This document shows, one piece after another, positions 10,090-18,894 of a stretch of DNA of 49,988 bases. The position numbers were made by a program, and so were the translations under genes. Numbering within the stretch: the first letter of the stretch is position 1; the number at the start of each line of letters is the position of its first letter. The stretch lies in NCBI GenBank assembly GCA_026387235.1, contig JAPLMD010000066.1:1-49988 (forward strand), in the 5' to 3' direction. The notes beneath the pieces were generated by a model that saw nothing but the letters and a program-made list of their open reading frames with translations, had not been told where the DNA came from and made no database searches. Origin of the DNA: Candidatus Omnitrophota bacterium (GTDB lineage: Bacteria; Omnitrophota; Gorgyraeia; Gorgyraeales; Gorgyraeaceae).

Positions 10090-11358
10090 ATGTATAAGAA
10101 AACTAAACTTGATAATGGCCTTACGCTTGCAACAAACTATATGCCAAATATGGAATCTATGGCCATGGGTATATGGATAAGGGCGGGTTCCAGAAATGAA
10201 AACGAAAAAAATTCCGGGATATCGCATTTTTTGGAACATATGCTTTTTAAGGGCACTCCCTCGAGGACTTGCAGAAAACTGAAAGAAGAGATTGAAGGCA
10301 GAGGAGGTTCTTTAAACGGCTTCACAGCGGAAGAGGTTTCGTGTTTTCTTGCAAAAGTCAGTTTTAAACACCGAGATACAGCGCTGGAAGTTTTATCTGA
10401 TATGGTTTTAAACGCAAGTATCGACCAGAAGGAACTTGAGCGGGAGCGCGGGGTTATCATAGAAGAGATAAAGATGTATCAGGATCTTCCTAATCACCAC
10501 GTGCATGATATACTGGCCGAGATTATGTGGCCGGGGAATTCGCTTGGTTTTTCTATTGCCGGTACAATAGATTCAGTTCAAGCTATTTCAAGAAAAGATA
10601 TAGTTGGCTACAGAGATTCGAATTATATACCCGAGAACATAGTTATTGTTTTATGCGGCAATCTGGATCATGACGCAATAGAATCGAAGCTTAAAAAGAT
10701 ATTCGCCAGTTCCGTTAGAATAAAAGTCGCTCAGGCGGAAACCTTCCGCAATAATCAATCAAAGCCTCGCATAAAGGTCTTGAATAAAGATACTGAGCAG
10801 GCGCATTTATGCATAGGATTGCATTCCTTCGGAAAGGCTCACAAAGACAGATATGCGCTTGGTTTATTACACATTATTTTAGGCGGCAACATGTCATCCA
10901 GGTTATTTGAAAACATAAGAGAAAAAAAAGGCCTTGCGTATGAGATCGGTGCGGAGGTTAAAAGATATAATGAAACAGGCGCGTTTGTGGTGCACGCGGG
11001 CACGGAGCATAAAAAGGTTGAAGAGGCCATCAGCTGCATATTGGAAGAATTAAGAGGTATAAAAGAAAAGCAGGTTACGGCAGGCGAATTAAAAAGGGCA
11101 AAAGAATTTTTTAAGGTTCAGCTTTTGATGGCGCTGGAAGATACAGTGGATCACATGCTGTGGCTCGGAGATTACATGACTTCTTTGAATAAGCTGCCGG
11201 ATCGGCAGGACATTATAAAGAAAGTGGAAGCTGTTACAGCGGATGATATAAAGCGCGTTAGCCAAAATATATTCAATAGTTCTGGCCTGAACATAGCTGT
11301 GATAGGGGAACTTAATGACAGGGAACAGAAAGAAATAGAAAAAGAATTAGTTTTATAA
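10090..11358 (+). CDS. M16 family (pitrilysin-like) zinc peptidase
   Basis: Inverted zinc motif HFLEH; SSRLFENIREKKGLAY. Confidence 0.93.
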   Translation: MYKKTKLDNGLTLATNYMPNMESMAMGIWIRAGSRNENEKNSGISHFLEHMLFKGTPSRTCRKLKEEIEGRGGSLNGFTAEEVSCFLAKVSFKHRDTALEVLSDMVLNASIDQKELERERGVIIEEIKMYQDLPNHHVHDILAEIMWPGNSLGFSIAGTIDSVQAISRKDIVGYRDSNYIPENIVIVLCGNLDHDAIESKLKKIFASSVRIKVAQAETFRNNQSKPRIKVLNKDTEQAHLCIGLHSFGKAHKDRYALGLLHIILGGNMSSRLFENIREKKGLAYEIGAEVKRYNETGAFVVHAGTEHKKVEEAISCILEELRGIKEKQVTAGELKRAKEFFKVQLLMALEDTVDHMLWLGDYMTSLNKLPDRQDIIKKVEAVTADDIKRVSQNIFNSSGLNIAVIGELNDREQKEIEKELVL

Positions 11359-11385
11359 AAAACCGCGTAAGTTAAGGTGGTTAAA

Positions 11386-12138
11386 ATGAGTAAAATATTA
11401 ATAGCTCCGAGCTTGCTGTCAGCGGATTTTGCTAATCTTAAGGATGAAATAAAGAAGATTGAAGATTCAGGCGCAGACATGATACATATTGATATAATGG
11501 ACGGTCATTTTGTCCCTAATATTACAATAGGGCCTTTGATAGTCGAGGCGTCCAGGAGATGCACTGACATGATTTTGGACGTGCATCTCATGATTAAAGA
11601 ACCGCATAAATTTATCAAGGATTTTATAGAGGCAGGGAGCGATATCGTCACGATACACGCAGAAGCATACGGAAGGCCGCAAGGCTACAAAGGCACCCCG
11701 TACCATTCGCTTCGCTCAGGTACGGGGCAGGCAAAGACACAAGTCCTGAAAAAAGGGCAATCTAAAAGCGTAAAAGAGATTGATGAGAAAAGAATAACAG
11801 AGGTTTTGAAACAAATAAAAGCCTTTGGGAAAAAGGCAGGCATATCCTTGAATCCTGATTCGCCTTTATGCATAGAGGGCGTGTTAAAATATGCGGATAT
11901 GGTCTTACTTATGTCAGTTCATCCCGGATTTGGCGGGCAGAGTTTTATAGAAGCCGTATTGCCAAAAATAAAGGCATTAAGGGAGATGTATTCTAAAGAC
12001 ATAGAAGTAGATGGCGGCATAAATGATAAGATTGCTAAATTAGTTATCGGAGCTGGCGCGAATATACTGGTAGCGGGATCGTATTTCTTCGGCGCAAAAG
12101 ATAAAATAGATGCTGTAAAAAGATTACGCATACAATAG
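11386..12138 (+). CDS. rpe: Ribulose-phosphate 3-epimerase with a large internal insertion
   Basis: IAPSLLSADF, HIDIMDGHFVPNIT, DVHLM, MSVHPGFGGQ, EVDGGI; 42 aa between HAEA and ITEVLKQIK. Confidence 0.95.
   Translation: MSKILIAPSLLSADFANLKDEIKKIEDSGADMIHIDIMDGHFVPNITIGPLIVEASRRCTDMILDVHLMIKEPHKFIKDFIEAGSDIVTIHAEAYGRPQGYKGTPYHSLRSGTGQAKTQVLKKGQSKSVKEIDEKRITEVLKQIKAFGKKAGISLNPDSPLCIEGVLKYADMVLLMSVHPGFGGQSFIEAVLPKIKALREMYSKDIEVDGGINDKIAKLVIGAGANILVAGSYFFGAKDKIDAVKRLRIQ
11696..11727 (-). repeat. Palindromic element within the rpe coding sequence
   Basis: Minus strand reads CCCCGTACC-T-GA-GCGAAGC-GA-AT-GGTACGGGG (perfect 9-bp arms). Confidence 0.8.
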
Positions 12139-12157
12139 AAAGGAAAGGGCAGGTAAG

Positions 12158-13564
12158 ATGGGTATTAAATTCGGAACAGACGGTTGGAGGGCAATAATAT
12201 CGCAGGATTTTACATTCGAAAACGTAAGAATAGTTTCGCAGGCGGTCGCGGATCATTTTAAAGCGAAGGACGTGGTTTTTGTAATCGGATACGACTGGAG
12301 ATTTTTATCCGAGAAATATGCTGAGCTCGCGGCAGAAGTTTTGGCAGGCAACGGGATCAAGGTATTGCTTTCAGACAAGGCTGTTCCTACGCCGCTCGTA
12401 AGCTTTGCCATAAAAAATAAAAAATTATCCGGAGGCTTGATGTTATCCGCAAGCCATAATCCTCCTTATTATAACGGCCTAAAGATAAAAGCGGCTTATG
12501 CGGGCACTGCTGACGAAGGAATTACAAAGTCGGTGGAATCGTTGTTGGCTAAAAATCCCGTGCAGTCCGTGGAGTTTAAAAAAGGCATAGAGTCAGGTAT
12601 GATAGTGCTGAGCGACCTTAAAAAAGACTATATGAAATTTGCAAAATCCTACATTGACCTCAAGCATTTGAAAAACGCGAAAATAAACGTGCTGGTTGAT
12701 TGCATGCACGGCGTAGGCGACGGTTATATACCCGAGATGCTTAAAGGCACAAAGATAAAGGTTACCCAGATGAGGACAGGCAGAGATGCTTTGTTCGGAG
12801 GCGTAAATCCTGAGCCTATTCCGAAGAACCTGGATGTATCTTTCCGGGCAATGAAAGATAAAAAAGTAAAATATGATATCTGTATAGTGAATGACGGAGA
12901 TGCGGATAGGATAGGCGCGGTTATTCCGGGCGGAAAATTCATGGGCGCAGGCCAGATAATGGCGCTTTTATTGCTTCATTTTATAGAAGACAGGCTTTGG
13001 AAAGGCGGAGTTGTAAAAACAATTTCAAATACCACGCTTATAGACCTTATCGCCAAAAAATATAACCTGAAATTGTACGAAACGCCTGTCGGATTCAAAT
13101 ATATATGCAGGCTTATGCTGGACGAAGACATTCTTATCGGAGGAGAAGAGTCCGGCGGCATAGGGGTAAAGGGTTACATGCCTGAAAGAGACGGTATGCT
13201 TCTTGGCGCGCTTCTCGTGGAAATGATGGCGTACAGAAAAAAAGGAATACTAGAGATAATAAAAGATGTGGAAAAAGAATACGGCTCGTTTCGGTATCAA
13301 AGGATAGACATGGATTATTCCGATGATAAAAAGAAAAAATTGATGGAGTTATTGAAAACCAACCCGCCAAAAGAGGTTTGCGGCAGAAGCGTAAAAGAAA
13401 CGAAATCTTTTGACGGTCATAAATTTATAATGGACGATAACAGCTGGTTGATTTTAAGATTGTCAGGGACCGAGCCAATCTTGAGGATATACGCAGAAGC
13501 CCCCAGCGAAAAAACAGCCAAATCATACCTGGATTTCGGCAAAAACCTAGCCCTTAGCATGTAA
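12158..13564 (+). CDS. Phosphoglucomutase/phosphomannomutase family protein
   Basis: FGTDGWR, SASHNP, DGDADR, GGEESGG, RLSGTEP. Confidence 0.95.
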   Translation: MGIKFGTDGWRAIISQDFTFENVRIVSQAVADHFKAKDVVFVIGYDWRFLSEKYAELAAEVLAGNGIKVLLSDKAVPTPLVSFAIKNKKLSGGLMLSASHNPPYYNGLKIKAAYAGTADEGITKSVESLLAKNPVQSVEFKKGIESGMIVLSDLKKDYMKFAKSYIDLKHLKNAKINVLVDCMHGVGDGYIPEMLKGTKIKVTQMRTGRDALFGGVNPEPIPKNLDVSFRAMKDKKVKYDICIVNDGDADRIGAVIPGGKFMGAGQIMALLLLHFIEDRLWKGGVVKTISNTTLIDLIAKKYNLKLYETPVGFKYICRLMLDEDILIGGEESGGIGVKGYMPERDGMLLGALLVEMMAYRKKGILEIIKDVEKEYGSFRYQRIDMDYSDDKKKKLMELLKTNPPKEVCGRSVKETKSFDGHKFIMDDNSWLILRLSGTEPILRIYAEAPSEKTAKSYLDFGKNLALSM

Positions 13565-13582
13565 CATTGCGGAATAGAAGTT

Positions 13583-15376
13583 ATGGATAAAAGCAAGATT
13601 AGAAATTTTTGCATTATTGCTCATATAGACCATGGCAAGTCCACGCTTGCCGATAGGCTGCTTCAAATTACCGATACAGTGAATAAGAGGCAGTTCAGGG
13701 AGCAGCTGCTGGACGATATGGATCTAGAGAGGGAGCGCGGCATTACTATTAAAGCAAGCGCTGTCAGGATGTCTTATAAGGCAGCTGATGGAGATGTTTA
13801 CGAGCTGAACCTTATTGATACGCCTGGGCATGTCGACTTCAGCTATGAAGTCTCAAAATCTTTATCAGCCTGCGAAGGCGCAGTCCTTCTGGTAGACGCG
13901 GCCCAGGGCGTAGAAGCCCAGACAGTCGCAAATCTGCAGCATGCGCTTGATAAAAAACTTACTATAATCCCTGTTATAAATAAAATTGACCTGCAGAATG
14001 CGGATCCTGAAAGAGTAAAAAATGAGATAAAGGGTATTTTGAATGTTGAAGATAATGAAATAATGCTTACCAGCGCTAAAGAAGGCATAGGAACCAAGGA
14101 ACTTCTTGAAAGAATAATAAAGGATGTGCCTCCTCCAAGCGGGAGCATAGACGAAAAGCTCCAGGCATTGTTATTTGATTCAGCGTATGATACTTACAGG
14201 GGCGTAATAGTTTATGTAAGGGTTGTAAACGGCGTAATCAGAAAAGGTATGAATATACTCATGATGTCCGGCTCTAAAAAATACGAGGTTCAGGATGTAG
14301 GCATATTCAGGCCCCAGATGGAACCTGTGGACAGCCTTTCGTGCGGAGAAGTAGGTTACGTTATCTGCCAGATAAAAGAAGCCAAGGATGTAAAGAACGG
14401 AGATACTATTACTGACGCCAAGCGGCCGGCAGATAAGCCTTTGATCGGCTATAAACAGCTCAAACCCATGGTGTTCTGCGGCATCTATCCTGTCAATGCA
14501 AAGGATTTTGATTTTCTCAAAAATGCCATTGAAAAATTAGAATTAAGCGATTCATCTTTTATATATGAACCTGAAAATTCTCCGTCATTAGGTTTTGGAT
14601 ACAGGGCTGGTTTTCTAGGGCTTTTGCACATGGAGATAGCCCAGGAAAGATTGGAAAGAGAATATGACCTGAATCTTGTCATCACTACGCCCAGCGTTGT
14701 TTACAGGGTTAAGGACAAAAAAGGGAAAGTTACAGAGGTTGACAACCCCAGTAAATTGCCGGAGCCCCAAAACATAGAAGAAATTTCAGAGCCATTTGCA
14801 GCTACCTACATAATGGTGCCTCACGATACATTAAGCATGGTTATCGAGTTTGCAAAATCGAGGCGCGGAGAATACAAGTCAACAGAATACATTTCCCAGG
14901 AAAAGATAAAACTTATTTTTCAAATACCGCTGTCCGAACTTATAGTTGATTTTTATGATAAGATAAAATCTATGACCAGAGGGTATGGCTCTTTGGATTA
15001 TGAGGTGAGCGAATACAGGCCCGGAAATCTTGTAAAACTTGATATATTGATAAATGGCGATCCTTGCGACGCGCTTTCTTCGATTGTTCATAAAGAGAAA
15101 TCTCAATATAGAGGGAGGATGCTCGCGGCGAAGCTCAAAGAACTTATCCCGAGGCAGATGTTTGAAGTAGCGATACAGGCGGCAATAGGGAATAATGTGG
15201 TAGCGAGAGAAACAGTCCGAGCGATGAGTAAAAACGTAACTGCAAAATGTTACGGAGGAGACATTTCCAGGAAACGCAAACTCTGGGAAAAGCAAAAAGA
15301 AGGAAAAAAGCGAATGAAACAATTCGGCAAGGTGCAGATACCGCAGGAAGCGTTTCTTGCTGTTTTAAAAATCTAA
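13583..15376 (+). CDS. lepA: Elongation factor 4
   Basis: IRNFCIIAHIDHGKSTLADR, ERERGITIK, KCYGGDISRKRKL. Confidence 0.98.
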   Translation: MDKSKIRNFCIIAHIDHGKSTLADRLLQITDTVNKRQFREQLLDDMDLERERGITIKASAVRMSYKAADGDVYELNLIDTPGHVDFSYEVSKSLSACEGAVLLVDAAQGVEAQTVANLQHALDKKLTIIPVINKIDLQNADPERVKNEIKGILNVEDNEIMLTSAKEGIGTKELLERIIKDVPPPSGSIDEKLQALLFDSAYDTYRGVIVYVRVVNGVIRKGMNILMMSGSKKYEVQDVGIFRPQMEPVDSLSCGEVGYVICQIKEAKDVKNGDTITDAKRPADKPLIGYKQLKPMVFCGIYPVNAKDFDFLKNAIEKLELSDSSFIYEPENSPSLGFGYRAGFLGLLHMEIAQERLEREYDLNLVITTPSVVYRVKDKKGKVTEVDNPSKLPEPQNIEEISEPFAATYIMVPHDTLSMVIEFAKSRRGEYKSTEYISQEKIKLIFQIPLSELIVDFYDKIKSMTRGYGSLDYEVSEYRPGNLVKLDILINGDPCDALSSIVHKEKSQYRGRMLAAKLKELIPRQMFEVAIQAAIGNNVVARETVRAMSKNVTAKCYGGDISRKRKLWEKQKEGKKRMKQFGKVQIPQEAFLAVLKI

Positions 15377-15383
15377 CTAATAA

Positions 15384-15512
15384 TATTCTTCGAGCGAGGC
15401 CACGAAGTGGCCGAGTCGAGAAATTCTCGACTCGCTTCGTCCTTCGTCGCTATCGCTCCTCAGGATTAGGACGATCCTGAACGAAGTGAAGGATCTGGTT
15501 CGCTCGAATAAT
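15384..15512. repeat. Nested palindromic element between lepA and lepB
   Basis: Outer TTCGAGCGA (15389-97)/TCGCTCGAA (15500-08); inner GGCCAC-GAA-GTGGCC, GAGTCGAGAA-A-TTCTCGACTC, ATCCT-GA-AC-GAA-GT-GA-AGGAT. Confidence 0.8.
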
Positions 15513-15526
15513 AAAATGGGGGCTAA

Positions 15527-16069
15527 ATGAACAACAAGATGCGTTATTTGATGAAAGAATGGGTTGAGCCTATAATTATAGCAGTAATACTAGCATTGAT
15601 AATAAGAACCTTTGTAGTGCAGGCATTCAAGATACCTACGGGTTCTATGAGGACTACTTTAATAGAAAGCGACAGGATACTTGTAAACAAATTCATATAT
15701 AAATTTGTTCAGCCAGAAAGAGGAGATGTTATAGTTTTTATATCTCCTGAGGACAAGAAAAAGGATTTTATAAAAAGGCTTGTCGGCCTGCCGAATGAAA
15801 ATATTCAGATTTCAAACGGCGCTATCCTGGTAAACAATGCCCCAGTGGAAGAGAGCTCTATGTTAAAAAAGCAGCATTATTATAATAGGGGGGATTTTGG
15901 CGCAGAAGGGCAGATCGTTACAGTCCCCAATGATGCTTATTACGTGTTAGGAGATAATAGTATTTCCAGCCGCGACTCGAGATACTGGGGTTTTATGCCT
16001 AAAAAATATCTGTTGGGCAAGGCATTTTTAATATACTGGCCGCCTAATAGAATAGGTATGATCAAATAG
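15527..16069 (+). CDS. lepB: Signal peptidase I
   Basis: IPTGSM, DFIKRLVGLP, LGDNSISSRDSRYWG. Confidence 0.96.
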   Translation: MNNKMRYLMKEWVEPIIIAVILALIIRTFVVQAFKIPTGSMRTTLIESDRILVNKFIYKFVQPERGDVIVFISPEDKKKDFIKRLVGLPNENIQISNGAILVNNAPVEESSMLKKQHYYNRGDFGAEGQIVTVPNDAYYVLGDNSISSRDSRYWGFMPKKYLLGKAFLIYWPPNRIGMIK

Positions 16070-16080
16070 TTATATTGCGC

Positions 16081-16110
16081 TTGACTAGGGATGCTTAAAG
16101 GTGTTATAAT
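16081..16110 (+). promoter_or_regulatory. Sigma70 promoter with extended -10
   Basis: TTGACT (16081-86), 18 bp, TG-n-TATAAT (16105-10). Confidence 0.7.
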
Positions 16111-16121
16111 TACCAAAAATA

Positions 16122-16182
16122 GCCCCTCGTCCGCCAAAGTTCTGTGGCGGACTCGGGATCAAATTTTGTTTCACAAAATTTG
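16122..16182 (-). repeat. Family-A palindromic element
   Basis: GCCCCTCG-[TCCGCCA..TGGCGGA]-CTCGGGAT-CAAATTTTGT-TTC-ACAAAATTTG; same shell at 29192, 39018 and 45276. Confidence 0.85.
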
Positions 16183-16193
16183 GGAGGTGTAGA

Positions 16194-16499
16194 ATGAAAA
16201 AATATACGATAATAGTATTATTGCTTTTGTTGGTCATGGTTGCAGCAGGCTGCACAGGAACACAGAAAGGCGCTGGAATTGGCACATTGATAGGAGCTGG
16301 GGCAGGCGCTATCATAGGCCATCAGTCAGGTCATGCAGCTGAAGGCGCATTGATAGGCGGCGCTGCAGGAGCAGCAGGCGGAGCATTGGCTGGAGATGCT
16401 ATGGATAACAAGTTTTGCCCGGTTTGCGGAAAACAATACGGGTCAGATGTTCAGTATTGTCCGGCTGACGGAACAGAATTGAAAGTTATACAAAAATAA
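16194..16499 (+). CDS. Glycine-zipper lipoprotein with C-terminal zinc-ribbon-like motif
   Basis: Lipobox AAGC, GAGIG..GAGAGAIIG..GALIGGAAG, CPVCG..YCPADG. Confidence 0.85.
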   Translation: MKKYTIIVLLLLLVMVAAGCTGTQKGAGIGTLIGAGAGAIIGHQSGHAAEGALIGGAAGAAGGALAGDAMDNKFCPVCGKQYGSDVQYCPADGTELKVIQK

Positions 16500-16521
16500 A
16501 ATAACCAGAGCAGTTTGTGCA

Positions 16522-16562
16522 CCCCCGCCCTTTTTAAAATCTTAAAAAAGGGCGGGGTTTTT
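16522..16562 (+). terminator. Rho-independent terminator (near-identical to 6387-6427)
   Basis: CCCCGCCCTTTTT..AAAAAGGGCGGGG followed by TTTTT. Confidence 0.85.
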
Positions 16563-16567
16563 ATTTC

Positions 16568-16596
16568 TTGACCACGCATATCCTCCGTGTTAATAT
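16568..16596 (+). promoter_or_regulatory. Probable sigma70 promoter of the acs block
   Basis: TTGACC, 17 bp, TG-n-TAATAT; only 9 nt separate it from the ATG and there is no SD. Confidence 0.5.
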
Positions 16597-16605
16597 TTAT
16601 CTACT

Positions 16606-18543
16606 ATGGATGAATTTAAAATCACATTTTTTCCGGAACATAAGTCTGTTTCAGTAGATAGAGGAACAGATCTTTTGACAGCTGCGCTGAAGACAGGCGT
16701 GCATATATATAATAGCTGCGGAGGAGAGGGTGTGTGCGGCAGGTGCAAGGTAATAGTAAAAAAAGGCGATTATATAACAGAAGGCAGCGGAAGGGTTTCC
16801 GATGCGGAACGGAATGAAGGATATGTGCTTGCCTGCAGGACTTCTCCTGGATCAGACATGGAAGTTTTTGTGCCGGAGGAATCCAGGCTGGGAGACCTTG
16901 AGATACTTACGGAAGAGATAAAGGCGAAGCGCCTGGCAGGACTTTATACGCCTGTCGAAGAAATAGAAGAAGAGCATTACAAAGTCACTTCAAAGATTTT
17001 CAAGCATGGTCCGTTATCCACAAAAATATTTTTAAAGCTGCCGAATCCTACGATTGACGATAATTCCGGAGACGCTGACAGGCTTCTCAGAGAGATAAAA
17101 AAACATCATAAAGAAATTAATACAATACAGATGGGGCTTAGCAATATAAAAAGGCTGCCCAGGCTTTTAAGGGAGAGCAATTGGGAAGTTACCGTAACTC
17201 TCGGGAATAGGAATAGAACTACTGAGGTGGTGTTGATAGAGCCAGGTGACAGGTCTAAAGAAAATTTTGGAGTAGCTGTGGACGTAGGCACAACTACTAT
17301 AGTCGCTTATTTAGTAGACCTGAATTCGCAGAAAGTGCTTGGTTCAAAAGCAAGTTATAACCCGCAGGTGGATTTCGGAGAAGATGTAATTTCCAGGATT
17401 ATCTTTGCTCAGCATGAAAAAGGCCTCGAAAAACTGCATCACGCAGTCATAGATACAATAAACACCCTTATAGATAATCTTATAAAAGAAGCAAGTCTTA
17501 CGCTGGATGATGTAACAGCTGTTGTTTCTGCAGGGAATACCACAATGACTCACCTGCTTTTAAAAATAGACCCTGCGAATATAAGAAAAGACCCGTACAT
17601 CCCTGCTGTAAATTTCATGCCGGTAATAAGAGCCAGCGAAGCAGGCATAAAAATAAATCCCAGAGGCCTATTAATGTGCCTTCCATGCATAGGAAGCTAT
17701 GTAGGCGGGGATATAATAGCAGGCGTTCTTGCGTCAGGCATGGATAAAACCAGAGATCTCTCGCTTTTTATAGATTTAGGCACAAACGGCGAAGTTGCGC
17801 TAGGAAACAAAGAATGGCTGATGTCTTGTTCTACATCAGCAGGCCCATGTTTTGAAGGCGGAGGCCTCAAGTGCGGGGTACGAGCTATGAAGGGCGCTAT
17901 CCAGAATATTTCTATAAAAAATAATTCTCTTGAAATACAGACCATTGGGAATCTGCCTCCAAAAGGCATATGCGGTTCCGGTATAGTAGATATTGTCAGC
18001 GAATTATTGAAAAATAAAATAATAGACCGGTCCGGAAAAATAAAAGATAATAAAATTTGCCAGGTCAGGGATTGCGACGGTATAAAAGAGCTTGTATTGG
18101 TAGTCGCGGAAGATTCTGCCACGGGCAAGGATATTACCATAGATGAAAATGATATAAAAAATTTAATCCACTCGAAAGGCGCTATCTATACGGGCATAGA
18201 GGTATTGCTGAAAGAATCGGGTTTTGAAAAATCAGACATAAAGCATGTTTTTATCGCAGGCGGGTTGGGTACTGCTTTAAACATTCGCTCGGCAATTAAT
18301 ATAGGGCTTTTGCCCGACCTCCCTGAGAAAAGTTTTGCTTTTCTTGGAAATACTTCAGTAGCAGGCGCAAAGATGTGCCTTTTGTCATATGAGGCAACTG
18401 ATAAAGCAGACGTTATTGCGAATAAAATGACGTATTTGGACTTAAGCACCAATGCCTTATTTATGAATAATTACAGCGCGGCATTATTCCTGCCGCATAC
18501 GGATATAGAGCTGTTCCCAAGCGTGAAGAAATTATTAAGTTAA
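16606..18543 (+). CDS. ASKHA-domain reductive activator of corrinoid protein (RACo/AcsV) with N-terminal [2Fe-2S]
   Basis: SCGGEGVCGRC..LAC, AVDVGTTT, FGEDVISRI, IDLGTNGE, STSAGPCFEG, GICGSG; adjacent to cooC and acsDE. Confidence 0.92.
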   Translation: MDEFKITFFPEHKSVSVDRGTDLLTAALKTGVHIYNSCGGEGVCGRCKVIVKKGDYITEGSGRVSDAERNEGYVLACRTSPGSDMEVFVPEESRLGDLEILTEEIKAKRLAGLYTPVEEIEEEHYKVTSKIFKHGPLSTKIFLKLPNPTIDDNSGDADRLLREIKKHHKEINTIQMGLSNIKRLPRLLRESNWEVTVTLGNRNRTTEVVLIEPGDRSKENFGVAVDVGTTTIVAYLVDLNSQKVLGSKASYNPQVDFGEDVISRIIFAQHEKGLEKLHHAVIDTINTLIDNLIKEASLTLDDVTAVVSAGNTTMTHLLLKIDPANIRKDPYIPAVNFMPVIRASEAGIKINPRGLLMCLPCIGSYVGGDIIAGVLASGMDKTRDLSLFIDLGTNGEVALGNKEWLMSCSTSAGPCFEGGGLKCGVRAMKGAIQNISIKNNSLEIQTIGNLPPKGICGSGIVDIVSELLKNKIIDRSGKIKDNKICQVRDCDGIKELVLVVAEDSATGKDITIDENDIKNLIHSKGAIYTGIEVLLKESGFEKSDIKHVFIAGGLGTALNIRSAINIGLLPDLPEKSFAFLGNTSVAGAKMCLLSYEATDKADVIANKMTYLDLSTNALFMNNYSAALFLPHTDIELFPSVKKLLS

Positions 18544-18544
18544 T

Positions 18545-18874
18545 TTTTCGGCTCCGGCAGGCCTAAAGAAAAGCCTCGTCGATTCGAGCGGGCATGGTGT
18601 CCTGCAGGCAGGTTGGGACTGTTCGGCACTGAAAGAGTTTCGCCGTGCGCTACGGTTTACGGCTCATTTTTTATACCGAAGGTAGTCTTGACGGTATAAA
18701 AACTTCGCCGTAATTCCTTGCGCACTTAGCATTAAGAATATTATTAATGCCGAAACTTTTCTGAGGTGCCTCAAGCCCCAGCCTGCCTGCAGGACGAGCG
18801 AGAATCGGCGCGGAGCGAAGGACGCCTCGCTGGGGCGTCCGAGCGTCTTTTCGTAGGTCTGTTAGAGCCGAAAA
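18545..18874 (+). repeat. ~330-nt long nested inverted-repeat element (structured RNA or non-autonomous element)
   Basis: TTTTCGGCTC/GAGCCGAAAA ends, 19-bp stem 18599-617/18777-795, inner TTTTTATACCG/CGGTATAAAAA; homolog at 49885-49982. Confidence 0.8.
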
Positions 18875-18894
18875 GAATTGAAAAGGATTTCGAG

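Noticed and set aside
15247-15480. 77-aa ORF overlapping the lepA end
   Set aside because: Out-of-frame overlap running into the palindromic element, with no recognisable motif.
18766-18894. 43-aa N-terminal extension of CooC in the ORF track
   Set aside because: It is translation of the structured element; CooC homology starts at ATG 18895.
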